Shown: positions 10,703-22,344 of the stretch, piece after piece
Layout of the letters: each line of letters starts with the position of its first letter
Numbering within the stretch: the first letter of the stretch is position 1
Assembly: GCF_006345805.1 (NCBI RefSeq)
Contig: NC_043019.1
Coordinates: 13,205,360 to 13,269,359, forward strand
Length of the DNA: 64,000 nt
Source of the DNA: Octopus sinensis
Lineage: Eukaryota
Direction: 5' to 3'
Program-made: the position numbers and the translations under genes
Notes under the pieces: model-generated
Databases searched by the model: none
Told to the model about the DNA's origin: nothing
The model's input: the letters and a program-made list of their open reading frames with translations, nothing else

Positions 10703-11529
10703 TATATATATATGTATATATGTATGTATACACCTTAGATAAGATACTCTACTATATATAAATATGTTTATGCATCAAACATTAATATCTAATGAGTGAA
10801 ATCTTAAACATGTCACACCACTCTGCTTTACACAAAAACATCACATTTAACACCATTAGCAAAGGTGTTAAGCGTTAGACAAGATACACCACTCTACTTT
10901 ATATAAGTATGTACATCAACACCTGTAACACATTTATGAAGAAGTTGAATCTTAAAACAAGACACGCTTTCCTAATAGCTAAAGGGCTAGAAACCCATCT
11001 GGGTATCCAACAGAGGGCAGCACCTGACAGATGTGTTTTTACACCTTTTTTTATCACGAGTGATAATTTTTTTCCTACAGAGCAACTGCATTGAATTTGC
11101 CTTTAGAAGTTAAAATATGTCAAAAATATTTTAAGTAAAAGTTCACGTATACCTAAACACTGCTTGGCACTGATACTACTATAACATATATATATATATA
11201 TATAAGTGCAGGAATGTCTGTGTGGTAAGAAGCTTGCTTCCCAACCACTGCATAGCACTTTGTGCGGGTATCTTCTTCTAAAGCATCTGGCTGACCAAAG
11301 ACTTTTGAGTTAATTTCATAGATGGAAACTGAAAGAATACAAAATATAAAGATTACCTCTAGCATAATGGATGTCCACTTAGTGGTCATCCATCTTATAT
11401 GCATGTAATATAATTTTTCTGAATCTTCAGATTTTTCAATCTGCTAGGCCACTGGTTTAAATTGATATTAATCAAATTAATATTCAATTTTTCACCTTTA
11501 TTATTTATATATATATATATATAGATAGA

Positions 11530-11728
11530 TAGATATTTATGAAAAAGAAGAGCGGAAATGCTACTTTTTTAAAAATTAGATAAATTTAAATTTCTTTACA
11601 TAAATACATTAAAATAATTGTTTTTGTTTTACATGTTTTGGTTGCTTATATCAAAAATATGTACTTGAATGAAATGTACTAAATTTTAAAAAAGTAGTGT
11701 TTTCATTCTTCTTTTCCATAAATATCTA
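11530..11728. mobile_element. MITE with ~55-bp imperfect TIRs
   Basis: tagatatttatg(g)aaaagaaga..ctacttttttaaaa vs its reverse complement at 11672-11728. Confidence 0.6.
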
Positions 11729-12384
11729 CTTACACATGTGTTACCTCTACATTTTTAAATATATATATATACATACATACCTGTACATGTTACATTGTTA
11801 GCTAATGAATTTAATTCTTAAACAAGACATACTACTCTCCCCCTATCTTTCCATATATACATATATATATATGCAAATGGATGGACAGACAAAGGGTGGG
11901 GTCTCTTTCATTGACTAGTTTGTGAGGGGTTTTGTGGAGGAGTAAAATAAACATATGGTATGCATGTAAATTGCAAAAGGCAGAGGTTATCTCTAATCAG
12001 CAGTTTCCCTAATCTGAATTTAACAGATGGCTTACTGCAGGGGTTTTATTTTATTTTTCAAAACCTGATACTGCATGTTTAGCAGCAACTCATGGCTGCG
12101 TATATCTTAGTTGATGTGTGCATGTTATTTTTTTTTGTCTGAGTAGGAGTTTTGAAGTATTTTTTGTTTCTTTTTTTTTCTGTTCAACACAAAGCTACTT
12201 TAATATGGTGGCTGTGTGGTAAACAAGCTTGCTTTGGAACTACATGGATTCAGGTTCAATCCTACTGCACAGCACCTTGGGCTAGTCTCTTCTACTAAGG
12301 CCATTGGCCCACCAGAGCCTTGTAAGTGGATTTAGTAAACAGAAACTGAAAAAAACCCCTTTATATATATATATATATGTATTG

Positions 12385-12716
12385 AGACTCCCTTTGGTCA
12401 TGACTGACCATGGGATTGCACCTAGAAAGTTACCCTCCCAGGCACAAGTCCGGACGACAAGGTTGTTTATGGAAGACCAGCAGTCGCCCATGCATACTGG
12501 CCTCCCCTCTCCACGCCACCAGTTTCATCCGGGGTTAGGCAAAGGGACCGATACAGCTTGGCACCTGTGATGTCACAAGTCATTTCAACAGGTGAATGAA
12601 CTGGAGCAATGTGAAATAAAGAGTCTTGCTCAAGAACACAACATGCAGTGCAGTCCGGGATTCAAACTTGCAACCTCACGATCGTAAGCTCAGTTGCTCT
12701 AACCACTGAGCCATGT
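12385..12716 (-). mobile_element. SINE family S3
   Basis: Matches 52417-52761 and the reverse complement of 61645-61975. A partial copy lies at 6725-6950. Confidence 0.75.
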
Positions 12717-13592
12717 GTACACATATATATATATTTCAAGGCTATAAGATAATGCATGATTAATTGAAAACAATATGAGTAAATACATGCAGGCATGGCT
12801 GCGTGGTAAGAAGCTTGCTTCCTAACCATATGGCTATGGGTTTCAATCCCGCTGTGTGGCACCGTGGGCCAATGTTTTCTTCTATAGCCTTGGGCTGCCC
12901 AAAGCTTTGTAAGTGGATTTGGTTATATGTATATATATATATATTATATATATACATATAAATATAAGGATAGTTTTATTAAAATACCATCATGAGTGGC
13001 AAGCAAATCATCATCGTACAGACAAATTAAGAAAATATATACATGCAATATTAGATATGTACATATATACATAGGGGCGCATTGCCATTATATGTGTGTG
13101 TATGTGTGTGTCTTTGTGTCTGTGCTTGTCCCCCCACCATCGCTTGACAACTGATGTTGGTGTGTTTACGTCCCCGTAACTTAGCAGTTCGGCAAAAGAA
13201 ACCAATAGAATAAGTACTAGGCTAACAAAGAATAAAACTTGGATTCGATATGTTCAACAAAAAAAAAAAAACCTTTAAGGTGTTGCTCTAGCATGGCCAC
13301 AGTCAGATGACTGAAAGTATATATGTCCTGAGTATGACTATAAACTACACCAGTTAGCAGGACCCTGGGGCCCTGGTTTCAGAGTTTAGACAATATTGTT
13401 CCCGGGTCTAATCTGGCCCAGAGCAGTAGAACCTTTAAGGGTCCCAGCTATGGATAAACTAGCAAACCCCACAACGTCTGGATGGGAGTCAGTCGAATGT
13501 AGTTGCCGTACGCCCTGTGTGGTGTAAGATCCAACTAAAAGGGGCAGGAATGAAGTGATTGGGAATCCACCCCTCCTAGTAATTCCATATTC

Positions 13593-13820
13593 CTATTTCT
13601 TTACTACCCACAAGGGGCTAAACACATAGAGGACAAACAAGGACAGACAAACGGATTAAGTCAATTATATCGACCCCAGTGTGTAACTGGTACTTATTTA
13701 ATCGACCCCCGAAAGGATGAAAGGCAAAGTTGACCTCAACGGAATTTGAACTCAGAACATAGCGGCAGATGAAATGCCGCTAAGCATTTCGCCCGGCATG
13801 CTAACCATTCTGCCAGCTAA
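13593..13820 (-). mobile_element. SINE S2
   Basis: Reverse complement of the S2 consensus seen at 48160-48380. Confidence 0.75.
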
Positions 13821-14403
13821 AGACAGCAGGGTTGACTGAAACAAATAAGAGAATAAAAGAATAAAAAAGAGAGTAAAGAGTATTATCTTTGACAGAATAA
13901 TCTGAGTGCTTAAAGGGTTAAGCAACGATGATACTGGAATGGTAACTACAAGAATATCTTGATCAAAGGCCAGCCTGATCAGGACTGACCTGGGGTTACA
14001 CAACCATAACAGCAACAACAATAACAATTACAACTACTTCTGTATGCTATGATATTTGATTTTTATTCGTTTTTTTTTTGTCTTCTTTATTGATGCCTGC
14101 TTGTTTTTGTCCCTCCTTACTTTTTAAGAAAGCAACTGAAAATCTGTGTCATTGATATTCCTAATCTCTTAATTCTCCGCCAGAGTTTAAAGAAGATCCT
14201 TTATCCTTTTGGAGATTAGCTCAGCAAAAATGAAAAAAAAAATGAAAAAAAATAAAACTTTAAACTGGCCCTCCTTCTTTTATTCGTTCTCCTCCTCCTC
14301 CCATACCTCTTCTTAGCTGATCACTAATCATAACTTAGGTTCCATTAATTAAGGAAGTTTCTACTTCAACAACTATTTAATTAATCTGTTTGATCTAACC
14401 AAT

Positions 14404-14498
14404 ATGTATGTATGTACACATATACACATATCTACTGTGATATATCTATATCATATATGTATATATGTATATATTTGTATATATATATATGTATATAT

Positions 14499-14537
<39 letters not shown>

Positions 14538-14817
14538 CAGTGTGTATATATGTATGGTATGCCTATGTATATATATGTATATGTATATATATGTATATAT
14601 GTATATGTATATATGTATATATATGTATGTGTGTGTGTGTGTATGTATATATATATGTGTATGTATATATGTATGTGTATATATGTATATATATATGTGC
14701 ATATATATGTATGTATATATGTGTGTGTGTATATATATGTGCATATATATATATATGTATGTATATATGTGTGTGTGTGTATATATATATGTGCATATAT
14801 ATATATGTATGTATATA

Positions 14818-14851
<34 letters not shown>

Positions 14852-14870
14852 ATATATATATATATATACA
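14404..14870. repeat. (TA)/(TG) microsatellite
   Basis: Direct reading. Confidence 0.95.
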
Positions 14871-15345
14871 TACCTTTGTGTGTTTTATATCATGGGTTTA
14901 TGAACAATAGCATTGTTAGTTCTTGGTTTACAGCCAGCCAATCACATCATCATCATCATCATCTTTTTAAATGTCCATTTTCCATGCTCTGGCATAGACT
15001 GCACAGAATTACGTCGAGGCATGTATTTTCTACAGCCGGGTGCTCTTCCTCTCGCCAACCCTCACCCGTTAACAAGTTTCCAAGCAAGGTGATATTTTCC
15101 CATGACTAGATATGTTTTTTTTACAGAAACAAAGGACACTGCATGCATAACAGCATCGCATGATGTGAAGGCAAGAACACCGTAACACATCCACCCATAC
15201 TTACTTATAATATGCATATATTAACAAATTTTTAAGCTGTCATATTTCATATCTATATATATAAAACTCAACTTGTGTGTCTGTGTGTTTAACTTTTGGA
15301 TCTACCAAGTTTCATTATTAAGGATGGAAAGTAGTGTGTAGCAAA

Positions 15346-15721
15346 TCTATATATATAAAGCTGAAGTTGTCTGTGTGTGGCACGTTTGGTAGCCTTCAAC
15401 TAACACAATCTCCTTCGAGACCCTGCAGCGCAAGTTGACCAAAATTGAGAGTATGATAGAAGAAAGCTTGCTCTTCCTTCTGTAGAAGATAAAATTCAAA
15501 TCGAACCATGTTAAGACCAAAAATTATTTACATCAAAAAGGTGCTTTTTTTCTATGAAAATCCCTATTTTTGTGTCGCCATTTTTCGGTGTATTTCAACT
15601 GGAAAAATGTTCACTTAAAGAGAATAATAAACAAGCTAGATAATGCAAAATTTTTACTTTTCAAAAATTCCAATTCTAAAGGGTCGAAACAAGCCCAAGC
15701 AACACCGGGTGATACTGCTAG
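15346..15721 (+). mobile_element. Non-autonomous Helitron
   Basis: 5' A|TCTATATATATAAAG; 3' GC-rich imperfect hairpin gcccaagcaacaccgggt (15693-15710) followed by CTAG|T; A-T host site, no TSD. Confidence 0.75.
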
Positions 15722-15847
15722 TATTTATATATATTTTTAATACAATAATATTTTAAACACGTATATCTTTGTGAGAAATTTTTTGATATTGAATTTCATG
15801 CTATTATTTCATAACACAGTATATAAAACCGCTCGTATCAATGTCTA

Positions 15848-16215
15848 AATCATCATCATCATCATTTAAGTCCGCTTTCCATGCTAGCATGGGTTGGACG
15901 GTTCATCTGGGGTCTGATCTGGCAGTGTTTCTACAGCTGGATGCCCTACCTAACGCCAACCACTCCGTGAGTGTAATGGGTGCTTTTTACGTGCCACCGG
16001 CACAGGTGCCAGACGAGGCTGGCAAACGGCCACGATCGGACGGTGCTTTTTATGTGCCACCGGCACGGAGACCAGACGAGGCTAGCAATGGCCACGATTG
16101 GATGGTGCTTTTTACGTGCCACCAGCACAGAGGCCAGTCAGGGCAGCGCTGGCTACGGCCACATTCGGGTGGTTGTCTTACGTGCCACCAGCACTGGTAT
16201 CACAGCTACAAATTC
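15848..16215 (-). mobile_element. 5'-truncated RTE-LINE 3'UTR copy with internal ~60-bp repeats
   Basis: (CAT)n tail; repeated ggtgctttttacgtgccaccggcac units. Confidence 0.7.
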
Positions 16216-18565
16216 CATTATTAATATTCTTGACATTTTATACAAAGAACGCTTAGTATAAACTCAGTGTATAATATTCTAACAAAATATTGTGAGTTCC
16301 AATTGAATCATGTAACTAATGCCACCCTAACTATTGAGCCATGTGCCTCCACTTTTATGATCCTTATATGATCGTAAGTTTGTTCAATCTATGGTAACCA
16401 AGGGTTAAACAGCAGCCACAACTGCAAGAATATTGTGGCAGGAAGCCTTTTGTTAGCATTTCCTTTCCTGTTTGCATGTATACGTATTTAGCTTGATCCG
16501 AAGAACATCAGGTATGTGTGTATCTGTGTGTCTGTACACGTGTATATTATCCTCTGTGTGTATGCGTGTGTTTGCGGGGTGGCGAATGTTTGCGTCAGCT
16601 TGGCGCTAGAAGTTTCGTCGAGGTAATTTAAACGACATGAACAATATCTTAATTAGACTCTTTGCTCCTTGCTGGTTCTTCCTGAAACCCCTATCTATAT
16701 TTGAAGCCAAGTGTTCATAGCGCCAAACCAAAAGGAAAGGAAGAGAAAGGGCCGATGAAACCTTTCTTTACCCTTTCCCCAATTATTATTCCGTTTCTAA
16801 ATTGCTGGATGAGCAAGAAGAAACAAGGGACATTCGCCTTATTAAACTTACAAATTAAACTATTTTCTAGGGTTTTCCACTTTAATATGTACCCATTGTC
16901 AACATTTACATAAGGAAGGAAGACATCTCCATCTTGTCCCCTGTCTCTCCACATCCTTCACCACCTCCTTCCCACTTTTTCCTCTCACCATTCCCCTTTT
17001 CTCCCCCCTCTGCATTCTCCCCTAAATCTTCCTTTCCACCTCTTCCACCTCATCATCATATTCCTTTCCTCTTCCTCATCTTCCCCCTCCTTGGCCTCCT
17101 CCTCATATTCCCCTCCTCATCTTCATCTTCCCCTCTACCTCCTCAACTTCCCATCCTCCTCATCTTCCCTTCCTCATCTTCATCTCCCGCTTCCTCCCCA
17201 TCTTCTCCCACTCCACCTCACTCCTCCTCTTTCTCTTGCCCCTGCCCTTCTCCCTCATTCTTCAACTCTTCCTCCTCCTCCCCTTCCTCCTCCTGTTTTT
17301 CCTGTCAAAAGGAAACGACCACTGAAGCGTAGTCAATTTTACGGTTCAGAAGTCCTTTCTTATAACACAGTTGTGGAGGCATTAACCATTTTCATTATTA
17401 TCATCATCATTATTATTATTATCATTATCATTATTAGTTAACCTTGCCCCTTTCTTAATCGAAAATGAGCATTGTGTCGGGGGTCGGAGGTGAGCGATGC
17501 GCAATATCCATGATTTGCACATTTACAACATTCATTTGCATGAGGCGTCGAGATGCAGGAATACGGGAAGAAGCATCGCAGAAGAAAATTAGATCTTCAT
17601 CTTGGATAGATAAATCCTTGCAAAAAGTCTTCACTGCGCATCCAACATGTATCGGAAAATAAAAGCAAAAAAAAAAAAAGAAAAAAAGAAAAGAAAAAAC
17701 AAAAGTATGGTTGGGTGCAGGGGTAGCTGTGTGGTAAGATTTGCTTGCTTCCCAACCACATGGTTCCAGGTTCAGTCCCACTGCATGGCACCGTCTACTA
17801 TAAGCCTTGGGCTAACTGAAGTCTTGCGAGTGGATTTGGTTGATAAAACCTGAAAGTTCATCTTATATTGTTTTTTTTTTTTATTCTTTTACTTGTTTGT
17901 TTCTGACATGTGACTGTGGCCATACTGGAGCGCCGCGTTGATGGGCTTTTTAGTCGAACGAATCGACCCCAGGTGTTATTTTGTTGAAGCCTATAACTCT
18001 TTTGCCAAACTGCTAAGTCACAAGGGCCCTAAACACACCAGCACCAGTTGTCAAAGCAGTGATGGGGACAAGAAACACACACACACATACACACACACAG
18101 ATATATATATAATGATGGGCTTCTTTCTGTTTCTGTCTACCAAATCTATTCAAAAAGCTTTGGTCGGCCTGAAGCTATTGTGGAAGACACCTGCCCAAGG
18201 TGCCACACAGTGGGACTGAACCCGGAACCATGTGGTTGGGAAGCAAGCTTCTTACCGCATAGCCATGGCTGCACATAAATACAACCCAATGGAAATGCTT
18301 TTGTGTTTCTTTTTATTTTGCTTATTTTGTAGTATATGTTTTATTTAACGAACATTAACGAAAGGTGCTAATTAATTTTTTAATTTGTGTAGATGCTGGT
18401 CTTTGCTGTGTGATAAGGAGTTTGCTTCCTTATCACATGATTTTAAGTTCAATCCCAGTGTGTTACACCTTGGGCAAGTGTTTACTATAACAGCCCTGGG
18501 CCAACCAAAGCTTCTTGAATGAATTTGGTTGATGGAAACTGAAAGAAGCCTTATATATATATATG

Positions 18566-19280
18566 ACCCTTTTGATACTAATTTGGTCCTGTGACCCCTC
18601 ACTCCTCTTCCTGGTTCTATGATTATAAGGTTTATGTTTGAAAGTGATCTAATTTAAAAACCTCATCTCATCAAAATTCCATATTTATGTTCCAAACACC
18701 GGCTTAATAATGCCAAAGTTATTTTACCGAATTCTTCATTATTTTTCAAAATTAGTCAAAACAAAGTACTTCAGCATAGATATGGTAACAAAAGGGTTAA
18801 AGTGATCTAACACAAAATCTCCCATGAAAATTTCAACCTATTTTATATCTTTAAATGCCAGTGTAACAACGACAAAATTATTCCACTAAATTCTTCATTA
18901 TTTTAAAAATTTATTCAAAACAAAAAAGTTTCTATAGAAATACAGCAACAAAAGGACTGATGTGATCCAAATTAAACCTTCTTTCATGAAAATTTCCATT
19001 TTTATTTATGTTCTAAACCAGCAGCTTAATAACAGCAAAGTAATTCTACCAAATTCTTTATGAAATTCAAAATTAGTTGAAACAAAGGCAGTCTTCTATT
19101 TCAGCAAAACCATGGTAACAACAAAGGGGTTAAATTGACCTAAATTAAAACCTACCATCCAAATTTCATGCTAATTTATATTCCAGACACTAACTTTATA
19201 AGAACAGTTATTTTACTAAATACTTAATTATTTTCAAATGTAATTAAAAAGCTGTGTATTTCACAGAAACATTAGTAATT
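18566..19280. repeat. Old tandem array (~165-bp units) derived from a piggyBac-type MITE
   Basis: Four diverged units sharing gtgatc(t)aa..ttat(g)ttc(t)aa..aaattcttcattatttt..ggtaacaaaagggttaa. Confidence 0.6.
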
Positions 19281-19478
19281 TATGCTTGTATAAATAGTAA
19301 TTTATACTTGTATAAAATGGTAATTTATACTTGTATAGATAGGGGTAAATCTTACACTAAATTTTTAATTCCCGTAATGTTTATATAGATAGGTGGTAGG
19401 ATTTGCTGTGTTTATAATATAGTCGTTGAGGGTTTCCTTAGGTTTAGCATTTTACATATATATATATATATATATAAA

Positions 19479-19685
19479 TGTGACCGCGTGTGTACCGTTG
19501 GCGTTTTTTTTCCTCTGTCTTCCCTTCTCTGGATCTTTCCTTCTCCTATGTTTCCAATGAAGAGCTCCGCTCGAAATGTTAAACCCTCCCTCTTTCCTTC
19601 TTTCCTGAGCGTCCAATAATACTATATTTGTTCCATGTCCTCGCGTTGTTGTGTTTTTTTGTGCTTTCTTGTTTGGATTAACTTT
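19479..19685 (+). mobile_element. Hammerhead-bearing short repeat, family A (decayed core at 19550-19584)
   Basis: GTTT-CCAATGA-A-GAGC-TCC-GCTC-GAAAT-GTT-AAAC. (TA)n on both sides. Confidence 0.75.
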
Positions 19686-19710
19686 ATATATATATATATA
19701 TATATATATC

Positions 19711-19967
19711 ATGCCGGTGGCACATAAAAAGCAACCGATCGTGGCCGTTGCCAGCCTCCCCTGGCACCTGTACCGGTGGCATGTAAAAGCACTCACTACA
19801 CTCACGGAGTGGTTGGCGTTAGGAAGGGCATCCGACCGTAGAAACACTGCCCGATCAGACTGGAGCCTGGTGCAGCCTCCTGGCTTCCTAGACCCCAGGT
19901 CGAACCGTCCAACCCATGCTAGCATGGAAAACGGACCTTAAACGATGATGATAGTGATGATGATGAT
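19711..19967 (+). mobile_element. 5'-truncated RTE-LINE 3'UTR copy
   Basis: gttggcgttaggaagggcatcc...ccatgctagcatggaaa..gac..taaacgatgatgat tail. Confidence 0.7.
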
Positions 19968-20511
19968 TGGAATAAAAAGGTTAAATTGAAATTCATGCCA
20001 TCTCCTCCTTCATGTGTCCTTGAACTATTAGTCTTTCTCGTTAGGATCACTCCTCTAATAAATTAATAGCTACCCTCGTTATTTTGTTTTGCTTTTCAGT
20101 ACGTTAATCCTCTTATGTCTTGCAGTTATGTTTGTTTACATTAGCAAAGGATAACTTTTAGTTGTAAAATGTCCCCCCTCCCACTTTATCCACATAGCTC
20201 CTCCCCGTTGACTATCATAATTGTAATTGTTCCTTTCATAGGCCTCGGGCTAGGTGTGCAATTAATTCTAAAGATAACGAAGAATTTAGTGAAATAACTC
20301 ATTACTAGGCTTGTGTTTGGAACGTAAATTAACAATCGAATCTTGATTGACTATTTTAATTTGCATCGTTTTAAACCTTTTGCTATCATATTTATCATCA
20401 TCATCATCATCATTTAATGTCTGATTTCCATGCTGGCATGGGTTCGACAGTTTGACAGAATTTACATTATTTACATTCGATGGATATTTGTCCTCATCTT
20501 GTTTGTTATTA

Positions 20512-20555
20512 ACACAATGTTTCAGCTGATATACCCTCCAGCCCTCATCAGGTGT
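20512..20555 (-). ncRNA. Hammerhead motif, family B left arm (cleavage site mutated)
   Basis: Minus strand ACAC-CTGATGA-G-GGCTG-GAGGGTATAT-CAGCT-GAAAC-ATT-GTGT. Both core segments intact; GTT>ATT at the cleavage triplet. Confidence 0.6.
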
Positions 20556-20644
20556 CTTGGTGAAATTTCAAACCGGGTTCTCATTCTTAAGGTATTTTTC
20601 GATGTTATTATTATTATTATTGTTAGTGTTCAAGTCACTGCCCA

Positions 20645-20709
20645 CGGGCATATGGCGTAGTGGTTAAGAGTGCGGGCTACTAACCCCAAGATTCCGAGTT
20701 CGATTCCAA
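20645..20709 (+). promoter_or_regulatory. tRNA-derived Pol III internal promoter (A and B boxes) of family B element
   Basis: A box TGGCGTAGTGG 20653-20663; B box GTTCGATTCC 20698-20707. Acceptor stem not intact, so not a tRNA gene. Confidence 0.7.
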
Positions 20710-20802
20710 GCAGTGACCTGAACACTAACAATAATGATAATAATAATAATAACATTGAAAAATACCTTAGGAATGAGAACCCAGGTTTGAAATTTCCCCA
20801 AG

Positions 20803-20846
20803 ACACCTGATGAAGGCTGGAGGGTATATCAACCAAAATGTTGTGT
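20803..20846 (+). ncRNA. Hammerhead motif, family B right arm (decayed)
   Basis: ACAC-CTGATGA-A-GGCTG-GAGGGTATAT-CAACC-AAAAT-GTT-GTGT. With the left arm it reconstructs ACAC CTGATGA A GGCTG N10 CAGCC GAAAC GTT GTGT. Confidence 0.55.
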
Positions 20847-21296
20847 TAGCAACAAACAAGATAAAAACAAATAGCCATCAAATGTAAATAATGTAAATAA
20901 TCCCTCATCTCTTAAATATAAAACAGTTTGGCAGAAGCTGTAGGGCTGTTCAGGCTCTAAGTGTGTTTTGACATGGTTTCCACAGTTGGATGCTCTTCCT
21001 AGTTGCAACCACAATAGAGAGTGTACTGGGTGCTTCTACACAGTACTGGCATGGGTGCTTTTTATGTGTAGTGAAATACTGCCTTTGTTTTGACTAATTT
21101 TGAAAATAATCAAGAATTTAGTGAAATAACTTTGGCATTATCAAGCTGATGTTTTTGGAACATAAATTAACAGGATATTTTGATGGGAGATTTTAATTTA
21201 GATAACTTTAGAAACATGAAGTTGATATCATAAAAAGCCAAGGATTGTCTCAGACAGATCTGTTTCAAAATGGTTAAAATAACTTAAAGAATGAGG

Positions 21297-21750
21297 CGTA
21301 GGAGTGGCTGTGTGATAAGTAGCTTGCTTACGAACCACATGGTTCCGGGTTCAGTCCCACTGTGTGGCACCTTGGGCAAGTGTCTTCTACTATAGCCTCG
21401 GGCCGACCAAACCCTTGTGAGTGGATTTGGTAGACGGAAACTGAAAGAAGCCTGTCGTATATCATCATCATCATCGTTTAACGTCCATTCTCCATGCTAG
21501 CATGGGTTGGACGGTTCGACCGGGGATCTGGGAAGCCAGAAGGCTGCACCAAGCTCCGGTCTTATCTGGCAATGTTTGTGGGTTTACGTCCCAGTCACAC
21601 TTATCGGTTCGGCAAAAGAGACCGATGATATAAGTACTAGGCTTACAAAGAATAAGACCTGGAGTTGATTTTCTTGATTAAAGGCAGTGCTCCAGCATGG
21701 CCACATTCAAATGACTGAAACAAGTAAAAGAGTAAAAAAAAGAGTAATGG
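21297..21750 (+). mobile_element. SINE S1 copy interrupted by an RTE 3'-end fragment (about 21462-21575)
   Basis: S1 5' half, then (CAT)n-gtttaacgtcc fragment, then S1 3' half. Confidence 0.7.
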
Positions 21751-22344
21751 AACAGTTTTCTAGCAAAAGAAACAGCAAAAAAATGTAGTCAACGTAGAGG
21801 ATAATTAAACTCGTTTAAATAATTCCGTTAAATGCCCAGCAATAGTTCTTGAGTTATGTTTACAAGATAAAGAAACAATGTCTTGGACTCAGACGAAGAT
21901 CGGAACCGCTGGTGTCGTAGTTGGTACCAAAGTGTGTGTTATGTAAACCAAATCTACTAAAAGTAAACTGCATCTGTTTGGAACCATAACTACAAGAACA
22001 GGGGTTGTTTGTCTATTTGTCTACATTTTTGGGGGGTTTTATTTTTGGTTTTGTTTTACACCCATTTTTTGAAAAAGGTAAAACAAAACTTTAAAAAATA
22101 TATAATAAAATCAGTTTGAAAATGTTATTTATAACTTTAATCTGTTGGGCACTTGGTTTTCTGTTTTTGTTGTTGTTGTTGTTGGTGTTGTTTTATGTTT
22201 TTTTTGGGGGTTTTTTTTGGTGTTTTTGTCTTGCTTTTGCACACTGTTCGCAGCTAGCTGTTTGCTTTATCTGTTGCAAATATTTGGATACTGATGGAAA
22301 TCGATACTATTGCTTCTCGTGGTTGAATGTCGATAAAATATATA

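Larger units (their letters stand above)
20461..20924. mobile_element. tRNA-headed hammerhead-bearing element (family B) with upstream inverted copy of its own 3' part
   Basis: 20461-20641 is the reverse complement of 20710-20897 (~180-bp arms). The 68-bp centre is a tRNA-like head. Each arm has an (AAT)n tract and a hammerhead motif. Confidence 0.75.

Noticed and set aside
16492-16511. + strand 20-nt micro-exon (TTTAG|...CAG|GTATGT) and second donor GAG|GTAATT at 16622
   Set aside because: Not frame-preserving, no linked + strand exons; such sites are expected by chance in 64 kb.
20645-20720. tRNA gene calls for this and the SINE heads (7200-7282, 52680-52761, 54871-54940, 61645-61720)
   Set aside because: A/B boxes are present but cloverleaves are incomplete, and each continues into a repeat body.
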